Origin: Octopus vulgaris
Taxonomy: Eukaryota
Assembly: GCA_951406725.2 (NCBI GenBank)
Contig: OX597822.1
Span: 84,940,001-85,004,000, forward strand
Length of the DNA: 64,000 nucleotides
Reading direction: 5' to 3'
Every line of letters starts with the position of its first letter. Within the stretch, counting starts at the first letter, position 1. A program made the translations under genes and the position numbers. Under the pieces are notes generated by a model. The model did not search any database. It was given only the letters and a program-made list of their open reading frames with translations, and was not told the origin of the DNA. Positions 41,389 to 55,060 of this stretch are shown here, piece by piece.

Positions 41389-41423
41389 GTTTCTGACGAA
41401 GAGCTCCGCTCGAAACGTTAAAC
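41389..41423 (+). ncRNA. Minimal type I hammerhead ribozyme motif
   Basis: GTTT-CTGACGA-A-GAGC-TCC-GCTC-GAAAC-GTT-AAAC. It sits within a (TA)n-abutting repeat (41330-41525) homologous to 53900-54088. Confidence 0.75.
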
Positions 41424-41520
41424 CCTCCTTCTTCCCTTCCTTCCTGAGCGTCCAATAATACTATATTTGTTTCACGTCCTCGCGTTGTTGTGTTTTCTCT
41501 TTGTGCTTTTATGTTTGGAT

Positions 41521-41571
<51 letters not shown>

Positions 41572-41774
41572 ACTGACGTGATGCATACGGACCCGGATTT
41601 CTGGGTATTGACCCGTCATCAGCTTGTGACGACCATCGGTTGTCGAGGGAAGGATGACTTCCCTTTGCAAATACTGATGGAGCACAGAAAGTGTGTCAAT
41701 AGTTAGCTGGAAAAGGTGTCTTCCTGGGGCTACAAGCTACAGTATTCCTCAGTTTACGATTTTCCTAGTGTGGA

Positions 41775-42120
41775 CCCCTAAAATCTTATATTGACTTCTA
41801 GGGCTCAAATGGACTCTGACAGAGAACCACTGGTGTTGAGTAAGAACAACTCAAAAAGTAGAATCGAATTAATGATTTTAAGGGTCCATGAATAAATTTT
41901 GATTTTGATGTATTTATTGTAAGAAACAGCTAAGTTTCTTTCTCTGACATTTTACATAGTTCAAACTACACAAATGAATGTGTGAATAACTAAAAACGAA
42001 GTTTGAAATACGTCTCAATAAAACTCGATTATAAAGATCAAATTGTTATGGGGTTTCATCAGAAAGAAAAAAAAACAGCAATCAAAGTGTTTCGTAGGTA
42101 AAAATGGTTGAGAATCGCTG
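41775..42120. mobile_element. hAT MITE-related repeat
   Basis: GGGTCCATG core and GGTTGAGAATCGCTG terminus, as in the other MITE copies. Confidence 0.5.
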
Positions 42121-42658
42121 TCCTCCACTAACTGTTTTACACCCAAGACGATTGGGACATTTGAGACGTAAATATTCTAACCCTGAGACTCAATGCAATA
42201 CCAATGCAGAGTTTGAACGGTCGACTGCTCGATTAATTACCCGCTTCTCTACCTAGTCGGCCATTCCTCGTCATGGTCTTCTATTTTTTTTCTTCAATAC
42301 AACGGATACATATTCGAGTGTTGAGAGTTGTCTATTTTCGCAGCATTGATAATTATTTCAGATAAGATTTTCATACAAATTTCTTCATGCATCCAATAAA
42401 ATATATAATATATTCCCATAGGAGAGATAAACACTTGTCAAATAGTAAAGAATACCAAAGGAAGTGGAGTAAAAGAAAGAGAACGTATCTAGGGCGGTGC
42501 TTAACGGAGAACAGCCCAATATAGTTTTCAGTAACAAATGCTATGCTTGCCTTTGAGATTAAATATTCCCTGTGGTATTGTGTCATCGCATATGAGAGTG
42601 TTCAAAACCATGCATCAGGAATAAATGATGCGAGTTCAAATTAAACCAAAGGACATGT

Positions 42659-42852
<194 letters not shown>

Positions 42853-42974
42853 TATGCCTACATGTATGAATGATTGTATGTGTACCTCTCTTTGTATGTG
42901 TTTTGCCTGCCAAAAGATTCGTCACTGAAGACGTGACGATAATGTTGATGATGGTGATGTTGATGATGGTGATA

Positions 42975-43041
<67 letters not shown>

Positions 43042-43276
43042 CGATGATGATGATGATTACAGCCCAACAAGCACTACACAACATTACAACTGACTTTCAT
43101 CAGACAATAACCCTTCACGTTACAGTGATAGACAACCTGGAGCTAATTAATGATGAAAAAAAGGGGGGAATCTTTGCTGGTTGCTGTGTCTTTTAGATTA
43201 TCTCATGGGCGGAAACCCTACCTTCCTTGTCCCGATGACTGCCACCTGTGTCAGCCCCATTTTACCCTTTTCCATA

Positions 43277-43329
<53 letters not shown>

Positions 43330-43442
43330 GAGATCCTCTTGATACAGAAGGACCACATCACTATCATCTTTTTCCTCACTTCTTTCTTTTACTCTTGTAT
43401 ACGATGTATGCTTCCCTTCTTTGTTTTACTGTATAATGTGCA

Positions 43443-43546
<104 letters not shown>

Positions 43547-43738
43547 AAAAATGGAACAAAAATGCAATAGAGGGCATTAAAACGTTCGGACAGATAGACG
43601 ATACAAAGGCGGACAAGAGAAACAACAATGAGAAGGACAGGCAAAAAAAGACGGGTCATTCTTAGATTTCCTTCATCACTCAAGTACCAGAAGTCACGAC
43701 CATTTCGAGCAGTTACACTTGAGATGATTCGATCTAGT

Positions 43739-43740
<2 letters not shown>
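43547..43740 (-). mobile_element. (TA)n-anchored repeat (10608/26327 family)
   Basis: Shared ATGGAACAA..ATGCAA..CGTTCGGACAG.TAGACG..ACGGGTCATT. Confidence 0.65.
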
Positions 43741-43792
<52 letters not shown>

Positions 43793-43795
<3 letters not shown>

Positions 43796-45119
43796 GTGGT
43801 CTCCAATATGTATGTTTGGGATGTCCGATGTAGCCTGGCCCATGATGTTGGTCTTCTTAAGGCTGATAGCTAAGCCAAAGTCGTTACATGCTTGCTCAAA
43901 ACAGTTAATGAGCCTTTGGAGGGCTTCTTCTGTGTGTGTTACCAGAGCGGCATCATCAGCAAATAACATCTCCTTGATCAGGACGTTTCTGATTTTGGTC
44001 TTGGCACGCAGGCGCGAGAGATTGAACAGTTTCCCGTCACTTCTACTGTGCAGAAACACTCCATCATCTGATGTCTGAAAGGCATGTGACAGCAAGAGTG
44101 AGAAGAAGATGCCAAACAATGTAGGAGCGAGGACACAGCCTTGCTTTACCCCGTTTTTTATTTGGAAGGCGGCTGATGTTGAACCGTTGTGCTGTATGGT
44201 GCCTTGCATGTCATCATGGAAAGACTTGATGATCCATCGGACATCCCAAACATACATATTGGAGACCACAGATTACAAGAGGTGGAGAAGTTTACCTATC
44301 TGGGCTCTACCGTCACCTACAACCTATCCCTTGACGCTGAGCTCAATATACGCATTGGCAAGGCAGCTGCTGCGATGGCCCAACTCTCCAAACGGGCTTG
44401 GGACAACAATAAGCTGACCAAGACCACAAAAATGAAGATCTACCAGGCATGTGTACTCAGCACTCTACTGTATGGAAGCGAGACCTGGACGCTATACACA
44501 CGCCAAGAGCGTCGCCTAAACATCTTTCACCTGCGCTGCCTCCGAAAAATCCTCCACATCAAATGGCAGAATCATATCCCCAACAAAGATGTCCTCAGGC
44601 AAGCAGGAATACCAAGCATGTTTGCACTCCTCACACAAAGACGTATGAGATGGCTTGGGCATGTTAGCCGTATGAAAGATGGCAGAATCCCCAAGGACAT
44701 ACTCTACGGAGAGCTTGCTAGGGGTACTAGGTCTGTGGGTAGACCGATCTTACGTTACAAGGATGTTTGCAAAAGGGATATGAAGGCCTGCAACATCAAC
44801 ATTAGCGGTTGGGAGGCAGTCGCCGGCAACCGTGGAGAATGGCGACGTACAGTAAAAGAGGGTATACAGAGGAGTGACAGAAAGAGAGAGGAGAAATGGA
44901 AAGAAAGGAAGAGACATAAACAAGAGACCATGGCACTACAACCAGCCAGGAACAGTCTTCGCTACATTTGCTGTACCTGCCAGAGGGAGTGTTTGTCCAG
45001 GATAAGACTACACAGCCACAGCAAGAAATGTAACAGGAAATAAAATATAACAGCCAGACTAGACCTAGAAAAAAAAAAAATGCGCAACTCCATTGTCTCC
45101 CGAGACAGAAAGGATGCCA

Positions 45120-45125
<6 letters not shown>
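43793..45125 (+). mobile_element. Young RTE-clade LINE, 5'-truncated with a 5' inversion (inverted 43793-44234, forward 44235-45125)
   Basis: The minus part encodes the RT motifs GVKQGCVLAPTLF and LFADD. The plus ORF (to 45043) reads FTYLGS..LLYGSETW..RWLGHV..CCTCQRECLSRIRLHSH. 3' stem-loop TGTCTC-CC-GAGACA. (TA)n on both sides. Confidence 0.95.
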
Positions 45126-45195
<70 letters not shown>

Positions 45196-45416
45196 CAAAC
45201 ACCAAAAAATTATCCAAACACCAAAGAATTTCTCTCAGCACATGGCTATGATGTTCTCCCTACTTCCGCTCTGAACAGAGAAGCACATATTGTCAGCCAG
45301 TAAGGGACATGCTCAACTGGGTATGGTCAAACAATTGACAAAATCTGTGGTACTGAGCAGAATATTTGCTATAGCCCATCTTTTATACTATTGTTATTAT
45401 TATTATTATTATTATT

Positions 45417-45453
<37 letters not shown>

Positions 45454-47464
45454 TGCAAGGACAAGTAACTTCTAAGTTACGGCATACTATAAACATACTC
45501 AAACATAATACAGAATCCCAATATCAAAACTCGTAATTCATTCACCTATATATATCGTAAAAATTGATCTTGTAATTTATAACACACACACACACACACA
45601 TTCACACACACACACACACACACACATTCACACACACATACACACACATAAATAGACGCACGAGGGCGCACACACACACAAATATATACACACACACGCA
45701 CATACAACATATAACATTACGGAGTAAAGAGCACTGCAAAACTAAGAGAAAAAAAAACGAAAATTCAGGCTATGCTTTTATAATTTTTCTCTAATATGTT
45801 ACAATTTCCAGCAACAATAACATAAGAGTGAACTCCAGTAAGTAGTAACATTCAGTTTAATTTTTTTTAGGCCTATATATTTCGATGATGGCTTTCTGTT
45901 TTTTCTATTAAAAAATACACAACAAGCTTAACATGTGAAAGTACCAAGAACAAGAGATATCTATGCTTCAGTTGTTCTGTCTATCTGCTTGTCTGTTTGT
46001 CTTCTATTATATCTATCTCTGCTCTTCTTCACTTTCTTTCTAATCAAACGGTAGGACGTAACGAAAACGCAGGGGGTCGTCTGCTTCAATCATTTTGTCT
46101 ATTCGTCAATCTTCTGCTATCTTTCTTACTTTATTATCATTACTTTTTAAATATTGCTGTTTATTTTTTATTTATTTTCGTTCAGTAATTTCTATTATTT
46201 CCTTCCCATATTTTGACTATTTTGACTATTCTGACATTAGACAGGAAAGAGAACAAAGACGTTTAAATCTTCAAACTTTCTGACTTTTAAAATACTACTC
46301 TGTGTAAGTATTTGTATGTTCCTATTAGTTATACCTTAGTCGTTCCTGCTCTGTTTTCACTACATTAGTATTAGATTTCGTTTACAGGTTAGGAAGATGA
46401 AAATGAGACAAAAGCAAATACATAAAAAAAAATACGACCCCTTAAAACTAAATAGTAAGAAAATATTTCTTGTCACGCTGCCATACAGGAGAAAACGACA
46501 TGGCTGTAAGCTTGTAAACGTTTTGTATGTATGTATGTATGTATGTATGTATGTATGTATGTATGTATGTATGTATGTATGTATGTATGTATGTATGTAT
46601 GTGTGTATGTATGTATGTATGTTTGTAGGTATACATATGTATGTATGTATGTGTGTATGTATGTTTGTATGTATATATATGTATGTATGTGTGTATGTAT
46701 ATATATATATACATATATGTACAGATACACACACACAGACATGTGCATATACATAAGCACACACACATACTTATATATACACACGCACAGGAACGAGAGA
46801 GATATAGGGGAGAGAGAAAGATGGAAAGTGTGAGTGAGATAGGGAGAGATGGAGTGAGAGAGCGAAGGAAAAAGAGAGGAAGAGAAATAGGAGAGAGTGG
46901 GGAGAAAGATGGGGAGAGAGAGAAAGAAAGAAAAAAAGAAAGAGGGAGAAAGAGAGAGAGAGAGGAGATTAAATTGGTGTTGTCTGTCGGTGATATTTCT
47001 CACCTGTGCGTTTCGTTACTTCCCATCCGACACTGTTACACCAAAAGTACATTAGTGGTGGTTACTGTTGTTGTGGTTGTTTTCAGGCTGACTTCACGCG
47101 AGAGATATAAGATCAGCGACCGACATAAATGAAAAAAAATAGAAGAAGAAAATATTCACAACAATTTAAGAAACGTAATCTCCATGTTGTTAGTAAACGG
47201 ATAGCTTCCATTTTGAAGCTGAATTGTCGACAAATGGCAGCCTAAGTAACCGAGCCATGTTTCGGGGTTTCGGCATCGAGAACATGATTTGTTGCTGATG
47301 ATATTAATGACGATGATGATGATAATGATGATGATGATGATGGTCGTTGTGTTAGCGTTGGTGGCGTTGTTGTTGGTGGTGATGATAAATATGATGACAG
47401 TGGTGGGGGAAGATGGCGTGGAAAAGTGTTCAAAAAATGTTCCTAAAATAGTCACAAGACTATA

Positions 47465-48030
47465 GGGAGGGGGGTTAATTCGATTACATCGACACCAGTA
47501 TTTGACTGGTACTCTATTTTATCAATCCTCGTGGGAATGGAAGGCAAAATTGGCCTCGATGGTATTGAACCTAGAGTAAGGGACCAAAATAAACACCACA
47601 AGGTTCTCATTCCAAAGATCTAGTATTTCTGCTAATCCACCGCCCTGTATAATTATTTCTTGGTAGGGACAAGGCCAATAGTTTTCATGCTGGTGGGGAA
47701 GATAACCGATTGTATTGACTCCAGCGATTGGTTGAATTTGAACTCAAAGCGTAAAGAACCGGAATAAATGCTGCGATATTTTCTCCGCGCACTCATGATT
47801 CTGCTCTAATGCTATTAAAATCCTTAAAAGGCCAGCAATTTTGAGGAGTGGAGAAGTCGATTAAATCGACCCCAGTACTCACCTGGTACTTATTTCATCG
47901 ACATCGAAAGGATAAAAACGCAAAATCCAGTGAAATCCACAAAAACGCGGAATTTGAATTCAGAAGACAGGCGAAATTCCGCTAAACATTTCCCCCGGCG
48001 TGCTATTCATTCCGCCAGCTCACCACCTTA
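47465..48030 (-). mobile_element. Cluster of old SINE family A copies
   Basis: Three degenerate cores (ATCGAC..CCAGTA..ACTGGTACT, GAATTTGAACTC). Confidence 0.7.
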
Positions 48031-48254
48031 ATAATGCTATTAATAACAATTACAAAAACGAAAAATAAAAGCCAAAAAAACAAAACAAAAACGAAACTAA
48101 TAATAATGGTGTTTTCTCACATTGGTCCAAAGTCACAACAGAGATGACTGTCTGAGCAAGAGGTTCACTTCGGAATCATATGGTTCCGTGTTGGATCCCA
48201 CTACATGGCTCCTTAGTTCGACTAAAGCCTTGTGAATGAAACTGGGTAAACAGA

Positions 48255-48760
48255 AATGGTTCGGATGGCTGGCAGATCAACTATATTTGTTCTTGGGAGC
48301 GCTGACTTTATCCTAACTATCTAGCCTCTTAAAATGGGACTAGCGATGGCCAACCCTCCTATCAAAAGCTTTCGATTAGTCCAAATTACCAAGCTTCTCC
48401 TGAACCCAGATTTATTAACCTCCTCCTCTCCATAATGTATCTCATGTCGTGGAACTTGTCTCGAATAGATCTGCTTGGGATTCCTCTTGATTGCATTTTC
48501 CCGACCAAACTACGAACGACAAATGTTAACATCTTTTCTAATGCCTTGTTCAAAACTCCGCAAATATGGACCGGAAAAGTATCGATTACATCCATTTTGT
48601 TCCTGTATTTTCGCAGCAGCAGCACTGCTCAGCGGTTCACCGACCTCGCAACTCTCCTGTTATGGAGCTACATACCCAAATACTTAACACCCGACCCAAT
48701 CGATCAAAGACCAAATTTATTTCCACGTCGCACCTCTACGAGCTGAGTTTATAGAACATC
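48255..48760 (-). pseudogene. L1/Tx1-clade reverse-transcriptase fragment
   Basis: Reads LLLRKYRNKMDVIDTF..VRSLVGKMQSRGIPSRSIRDKFHDMRYIME, followed by a degenerate QSKAFD-like region. Confidence 0.65.
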
Positions 48761-49014
48761 TTTCCTTTATTCGTGGATCAGAGTATGTACTGCTCTGACA
48801 ACCCAGCTTTCGTGATTTGCGTTAGAGAAATGTTTATATACCATTATTATCACAGGTACGTCGCTCGTTATGCCTTTTCTAATCGCTTCTTCTAATTTTC
48901 TCACCTGGTTCTCTTCCAAATTAGTATTTTTCCGACGCTTCTTTGCTAAAACTTATCCACTTCATTCTAAAAATCCCGTCTGAACATTCTTCTCCTTGTT
49001 GACGGTTTATATCT

Positions 49015-49258
49015 GAGGTTTTCAACTCTTTTTTGCCTATGGACCCCTTGGTTCCTATTTTTCAGGGATGGATCCTCATAGCCATTCGATAATCTTTTAA
49101 AATCCTATTGTATTTATATCATTAAATGTTATTAGGAATGGTGTTAAAAATATTTTGTGTATTGTAGAAGTATAGCTAAGTTATTGCACATTAACTTTAA
49201 CATCAAAATTTTATATGGATCCCTAAGGGTTCTATGTACCCCGGTCAATAACCTCTTT
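49015..49258. mobile_element. hAT MITE, opposite orientation
   Basis: CCTATGGACCCC and TATGGATCCCTAAGGG cores are shared with 5507, 37749 and 51764. Confidence 0.65.
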
Positions 49259-50799
49259 ACCCACCGGCCCCTAGTTAACTCATTAATCTGATCCCTGTGA
49301 GCTTTATGCACCAAGATCAACCGTGTTGCTGAATCCTTACTTACGAACCCTATCTTGGCCGACCATGCAAGCCACAAATTTGTGAACTGTGTAGTCGATC
49401 AGTTGAAATTATAGGTACCCCATCCAATTCTCCTCAGCTGACCCAACAAATATCCTGTCTTGATACGATCTGGATGATCTGATGTGGTAGCTCCATTTCC
49501 ACATTGGAACATTCAGGAAATTCAGTGAGTAACCCTCAGGCAATTGAAACTGTTGTTTAAGCAGGTTTGGGAGGCTTAAACAGCCCACCCCTCATCCTCT
49601 CGACTAGTTTCACACAATCCTATCGTGATTCTAAAATGCCATCCCTGCCCACCCCATACTAACATTAAAGTTCGTAACATTCTCAAGACAGCTTCTGGAC
49701 GCCTAAAATATCTGGCTTCTTTGTCGGAGACTATACAGCCAGTAGTTTCGAGGCACCATCTTCGCAGCACTCAGGTCCAGCATCAATAACACTTACTACA
49801 CAAATTCTAAAGATCGTTCATATCACCAGATTCAAACCTTCCTAAACTACAAATGCAAACTCCCTTCCATCCCAGGTCATCTAAGAGAAATCTACTCCTC
49901 ATTGTCGGCGAACATGGCGTCAGTGCTTGCTACAAGCACCCATGCTGTTGGCTATCACATCTATATCAAGAGAGCTGTGGTCGTTCATAAGGTTACCATG
50001 TTATCAAGGTAGCCCCGTGCCACATACACTTATATTTTTTGTCCTTGTTAAGGGCGTGTTATTCAGAAAAAATGGAGGCAAGAAAAGTTGTTTACCTCTC
50101 ACACCTCCTTTCGAACGACGCGGAATCCGGTTTTGACAAGTGTTCTTTATAAAGCCCCTGAAAAAGCGTTTGGCCATTCTGACATTAGAACCTCCCCGCA
50201 CTGCCACCACCAAGTCAAAATTGATGAAGATTTTATTGTTATTGTGATGTTGATATTGGTAGGGTTAGCAATGGTGGTGTGGGTGTGTGGTTGGTTAAAT
50301 AAATCTCCTCTGCTTCCACTTCAAACCTACAAGCTTTCTGCTAAGATCGGCCTTGTTTACATATTTTCCCTCCCACGTGAACGACCTCCTGCGGCAGGAT
50401 TTTCACCTCTAGCACATCTCATGACGTCCCAGTGAAGTCTGAGCAGATGGTGGGAGTGGTATCTCGGCACGTATCTGCACATGTGTGTGCCTTATTTCTT
50501 GATGCAGGAGAGCGAGGCTGAGATATATCATGGAGTGGGGAGTTGGTCCTTTTGATATTGCTGTTGGTGGTACCATATCGTGCAAACTGGGAACTAAGTA
50601 CACCGAAGCAAGAGTTTTAGGAAAGAACAAACCAGACAAGGTTTGTCTGGTTTGTATAAGAGACAAACGCAAAACGGAAATTTTGAAATACTGTAAAGAA
50701 AAAAACTGGGGACGAATGATCAGTCATTTCTGCCCAGTCGCTGTAAAGCTCAATTATATACAACGATAGAATGGATAGAGTCGAATATTAGGGTCTTTG

Positions 50800-51115
50800 G
50801 CACTTGCAGTGGCACCGGATGCTTAGAAGATAAAGTTTACAGTATGCAACCGGCAACAGTCGGCGAATTGAGGAAAGGAATAGAAAGAAAATGCACACAA
50901 TTTCTGAACGAAATATTTCTTGCTGTTTATGATTCCACTGCTTCAAGTTATCAGCAATGGCTCGACAGGATGGTCATTAGTGTGAACAACGGCTTACAAA
51001 GGGAAATCAAATTTTGTCTGTCGACTCAATTAAATTTTGAACATGAAATGTATCTTAATAAACATTAATTTATAATTAATCAATGTGTGTATACATGTTT
51101 TGAGACACTCCATAT
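50800..51115 (+). mobile_element. Tc1/mariner-superfamily transposase C-terminal relic
   Basis: Reads LEDKVYSMQPATVGELRKGIERKCTQF..YQQWLD and ends in TTTGAGACACTCCATA, a TIR-like sequence. Confidence 0.6.
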
Positions 51116-51538
51116 TTGCTTTTATGCGTTTCAGCCCAAAGGCTGTGGGCATGCTGAGGACCCCACCAGTATTATTACCTTTTCAATGGCCATTCTTTTG
51201 TGATTCACGGTGAAGGAAGGAGGTCAATATTACTGCCCTCTTTTTTGAGTATCTTGCCGTGATGTAGGTTCATCTGGGACTTTGGGCTATAGGAAGTCAA
51301 GCCATGCGCCCCTAATTCATAAATGTATATACATACATACATACATACACATATATACACATTCACACACGCATATATATATATATACAAATACGTATGT
51401 ACATTTATACGTATACGTACATACATATACATAAATACATACATACCTACCAACTTACCTACCTACGTACCTACCTAACTACATACCTACCTACCTACCT
51501 ACCTACCTACCTACCTACCTACCTACCTACCTACCTAC

Positions 51539-51569
<31 letters not shown>

Positions 51570-51583
51570 CATACATACATACA

Positions 51584-51617
<34 letters not shown>

Positions 51618-51763
51618 CATACATACATATATATCTTTTCTTTTTTACATGTTTCAGTCGTTAGAGTGCAGTCATACAATCAGACACGGCAGTGTTGCTG
51701 GTTTTTGTACACTGTAAACTCTTTCAGTTTTCTGGAATGCGCATGGAAGGAGAATGGTATAAA

Positions 51764-52009
51764 CAGTGTTTCACAACCGGAGCCCATATGATCCCTGAGG
51801 GTCCATGTAAGAGTTTGCTGTATGTACAATAATTTGGTTCTGCTTCCACTATACACACAATCTTTTTAACAATATTTTTATACAATTCCTAATAATATTT
51901 CATTGTGAAGATATATGAATTTTTAAACATCGAATGGCTGTGAGGTTCCATCCGAGTAAAATGGAAATCAGAGGGGATCCATAGGTAAGAGAATGGTTGA
52001 GAAACATTG
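51764..52009. mobile_element. hAT MITE
   Basis: TIRs CAGTGTTTCACAACC / GGTTGAGAAACATTG. Confidence 0.75.
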
Positions 52010-52097
52010 GTATCACCACACATCCTATGTCGCTCTACTTTTTATTTTGTTACTTTATATAGGGAAGAAGATGAAGGTATATCTTTCAGATATTCTT

Positions 52098-52491
52098 TTC
52101 TACTCTAGGCACAAGGCGCGAAATTTTTGGGGAAGGGCCACTCGATTAGTTCGACCCCAGTACACAACTGGTACTTAAGTTATGGACCCCGAGAGGATGA
52201 AAGACAAAGTTGGCCTCGGCGGAATTTGAACTCAGAACGTAGCGGCAGACGAAATACCTATTTCTTTACTACCCACAAGGACCTAAACACAGAGGGGACA
52301 AACAAGGACAGACAAACGGATTAAGTCGATTTATAGACCCCAGTGCGTAATTGGTGCTTAATTTATCGACCCCGAAAGGATGAAAGGCAAAGTCGACCTC
52401 GGCGGAATTTGAAGTCAGAACGTAACGGCAGATGAAATACAGCTAAGCCTTTCGGCCTCTGTGCTAGCGTATCTGCCTGCTCGCTGCCTTA
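52098..52491 (-). mobile_element. SINE family A dimer
   Basis: Two family A cores with different tails. Confidence 0.88.
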
Positions 52492-52954
52492 CATCGTCCA
52501 AATATTAAGGCATTTATAGGAAAAAAATGTTTCCTAATCAATGATCATCTTCTGTGCGCGACAATATTTACGGAAAAGAAAAGCTAAAGTTTTACTATAC
52601 ACGCAAAATACGCAGATATGAAATCAACAAAAGAAACCAGTCCTGATTGTGGTAATAGAAAATAGAAATAATCCTCTAAAAGTTAAGTTCCTTGTTAATA
52701 ATAAAAACAAATGCTATTATATGCACTGCACAGACATTACTGACAGCATTCATGATACGATAAAACAGCGACAAAACCAAAACAGTGCACATCTGCTCGA
52801 CACATGCAGCGGCGTTTAGGTGTATGGCGAAAATACAAAACAATAAGAAGAGCTCTGCAAAGAATACGATAAGCGTTTCTTTATTTTGCCAAAATAGCAA
52901 TGGAAAACACAGTTCTAATTTATAGGCAATAACAAAAGAAAATCGAAGAATGTG

Positions 52955-52985
<31 letters not shown>

Positions 52986-53089
52986 ACACATATGTTTACT
53001 TATAAATGCACATTTATAGTTATATACATATGTATATATGTGCATGTCTATATATATATATATAAATATATATATAAATATATACATGA

Positions 53090-53130
<41 letters not shown>

Positions 53131-53222
53131 AGATAAGAAAATGGAGAAATACATCTAAATCAAATATCAATTACCCGATAATACTCAATCACATACTTTA
53201 TTAAACCACCCCTATCTCAATT

Positions 53223-53271
<49 letters not shown>

Positions 53272-53899
53272 ACGCACTCACTCACACACCTGTATGTTCG
53301 CGCACACACATGCACATACACACACTTCCCCACACCCACACGTACATACATACACACTCATACACACATACACACACACACACACGGACATACATCTATG
53401 CACACACATATATACACACATACTCACATACATTCATCGGACACACTGCCACCCAGACATCACAGACACACTCACACATCCACACGCACACATACGTACG
53501 CGCACACTCGCAGGCTCGCGCACACACGCGTTTGCGCCGGTTCGCGCACGCATGCGCTCGCATGCACCTCGCCCTTGGACCCGACGAGACTTTATTTCCC
53601 TCCGCTGGAAACTACCACGACACTGGACACACACACACACTATACTCAACACACGCTGGCACGCTACATACGCCCCCACCCTTCCCTCCCTCCCTTCCTC
53701 CTTCCTCCCTTTTCTCACTACTGACTCTGCTATGCTGCTTTCTCGCCCTACCTCACACGCCTACACACAGACGCACACACTATATATATACCTACACACA
53801 CACATACACACGCACACGCACACACTCACACATACACACACATCTGTTGCGTTACCAACCTTGTCTCCATATTTGCTCTTGTTATCGTAAACATCCGCC

Positions 53900-54088
53900 T
53901 TTCACCATGTGCTACTGCTATTTTTTCTCTATCTCCGTTGCCCGCTCCGGGATCTTTCTTTCCTCTCTCTTCCTTCTTTATGTTTCCGACGAAGAGCTCC
54001 GCTCGATATATATTCCATTTCCTGATATTAATAATAATACTGTAATTGTTCCCTTGTTGTTGTTTTTTGTTTCCGTTTGATTAAAATT
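53900..54088 (+). mobile_element. Homolog of 41330-41525 with a decayed hammerhead
   Basis: TATGTTT-CCGACGA-AGAGCTCCGCTCGA at 53979-54006. Abuts (TA)n. Confidence 0.65.
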
Positions 54089-54469
54089 ATATATATATAT
54101 ATATACATATATGGTATGTATGTATATATATATATATATATATATTCATTTATATGTATATATTTTTAAAAGGTTGAATGCGAGTTCGTCCTTTTATTGG
54201 AGTAATTTCCAAAGATTTCTAACGTTGTTTCTTCATACTTTACTTTTGAATTTACTGGTGTAAATTTGTGTAGCTATGAAAAACTTATGTATATAGATAT
54301 TAAGTATATGATTTAACCTATTAAACACAGCTCAAAGAAAAAGAGAGAGAGGAGGGAGAGAGAGAGAGAGAGAGATAACACAAATGGCGTTTAAAATTTC
54401 CGACAGCTGTTTCAGTAGAATTTTATTGATATATCCATTGATGGCGTTGTGTGTACCGTGTGCTTACAT

Positions 54470-54657
54470 GCAATTTCGAGGAAGCAGGATAGTCGATGAT
54501 ATCGACCCCAGTACTCAACTGGTACTTATTTTATTGATTCTGAAAGGATGAAAGGCAAAAGTCGACCTCAGCGGAATTTGAAGTCAGAACGTAAACACGG
54601 GCGAAATACCACTAATCATCTTGACAATGCTAACGATGCCTCTAGCTCGCCGCCTCA
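54470..54657 (-). mobile_element. SINE family A
   Basis: Family A core and head. Confidence 0.8.
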
Positions 54658-54902
54658 AATAAAGAATAATAATAATAAACAGAAAAACAAAACAAAGTAG
54701 TGCCGCCCTATTTCGTCGAGGAGCTTTCGATGTAAATAAGGAGGACCAGGATAAGTTGGCTTTTAAAAATTTTCTTTATAAGCAAAGCCTTGATTGATTC
54801 CTTTCATTATTTGCTGCTATTATTTTTCAGTCACTGGATTTAATTCTATTTGCTTTATTTCAATCTATTTTTTCTTTGTATTTTTCTTTTTGCATTGTTT
54901 TC

Positions 54903-55060
54903 TTTTTATCACCTCCGCCTTAGCGGAGGTATTGTTTTCAGTCGTGTTTGTTTGTTTGCCCATGGACAAGATATCTCAAGAACCGCTGGATGGATTTGGA
55001 TGTAACTTTCAGGGATGTATGGCCTCATGACTGGCATAAACTGATTAGATTCTGGATTAT
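54903..55060 (+). mobile_element. Helentron-associated (HINE/DINE-like) non-autonomous element
   Basis: Starts in a T-run with the hairpin ACCTCCGC-CTTA-GCGGAGGT, then (GTTT)n and ATCTCAAGAACCGCTGGATGGATTTGGATG. Confidence 0.6.

Noticed and set aside
44189-45043. 284-aa ORF as a host gene
   Set aside because: It is the C-terminal part of a 5'-truncated RTE ORF, and its start lies in the inverted segment.
49260-50700. Possible old LINE remnants or exons (also 5850-6200, 7925-8165, 60540-60770)
   Set aside because: No diagnostic motif or splice-supported frame could be recognised.
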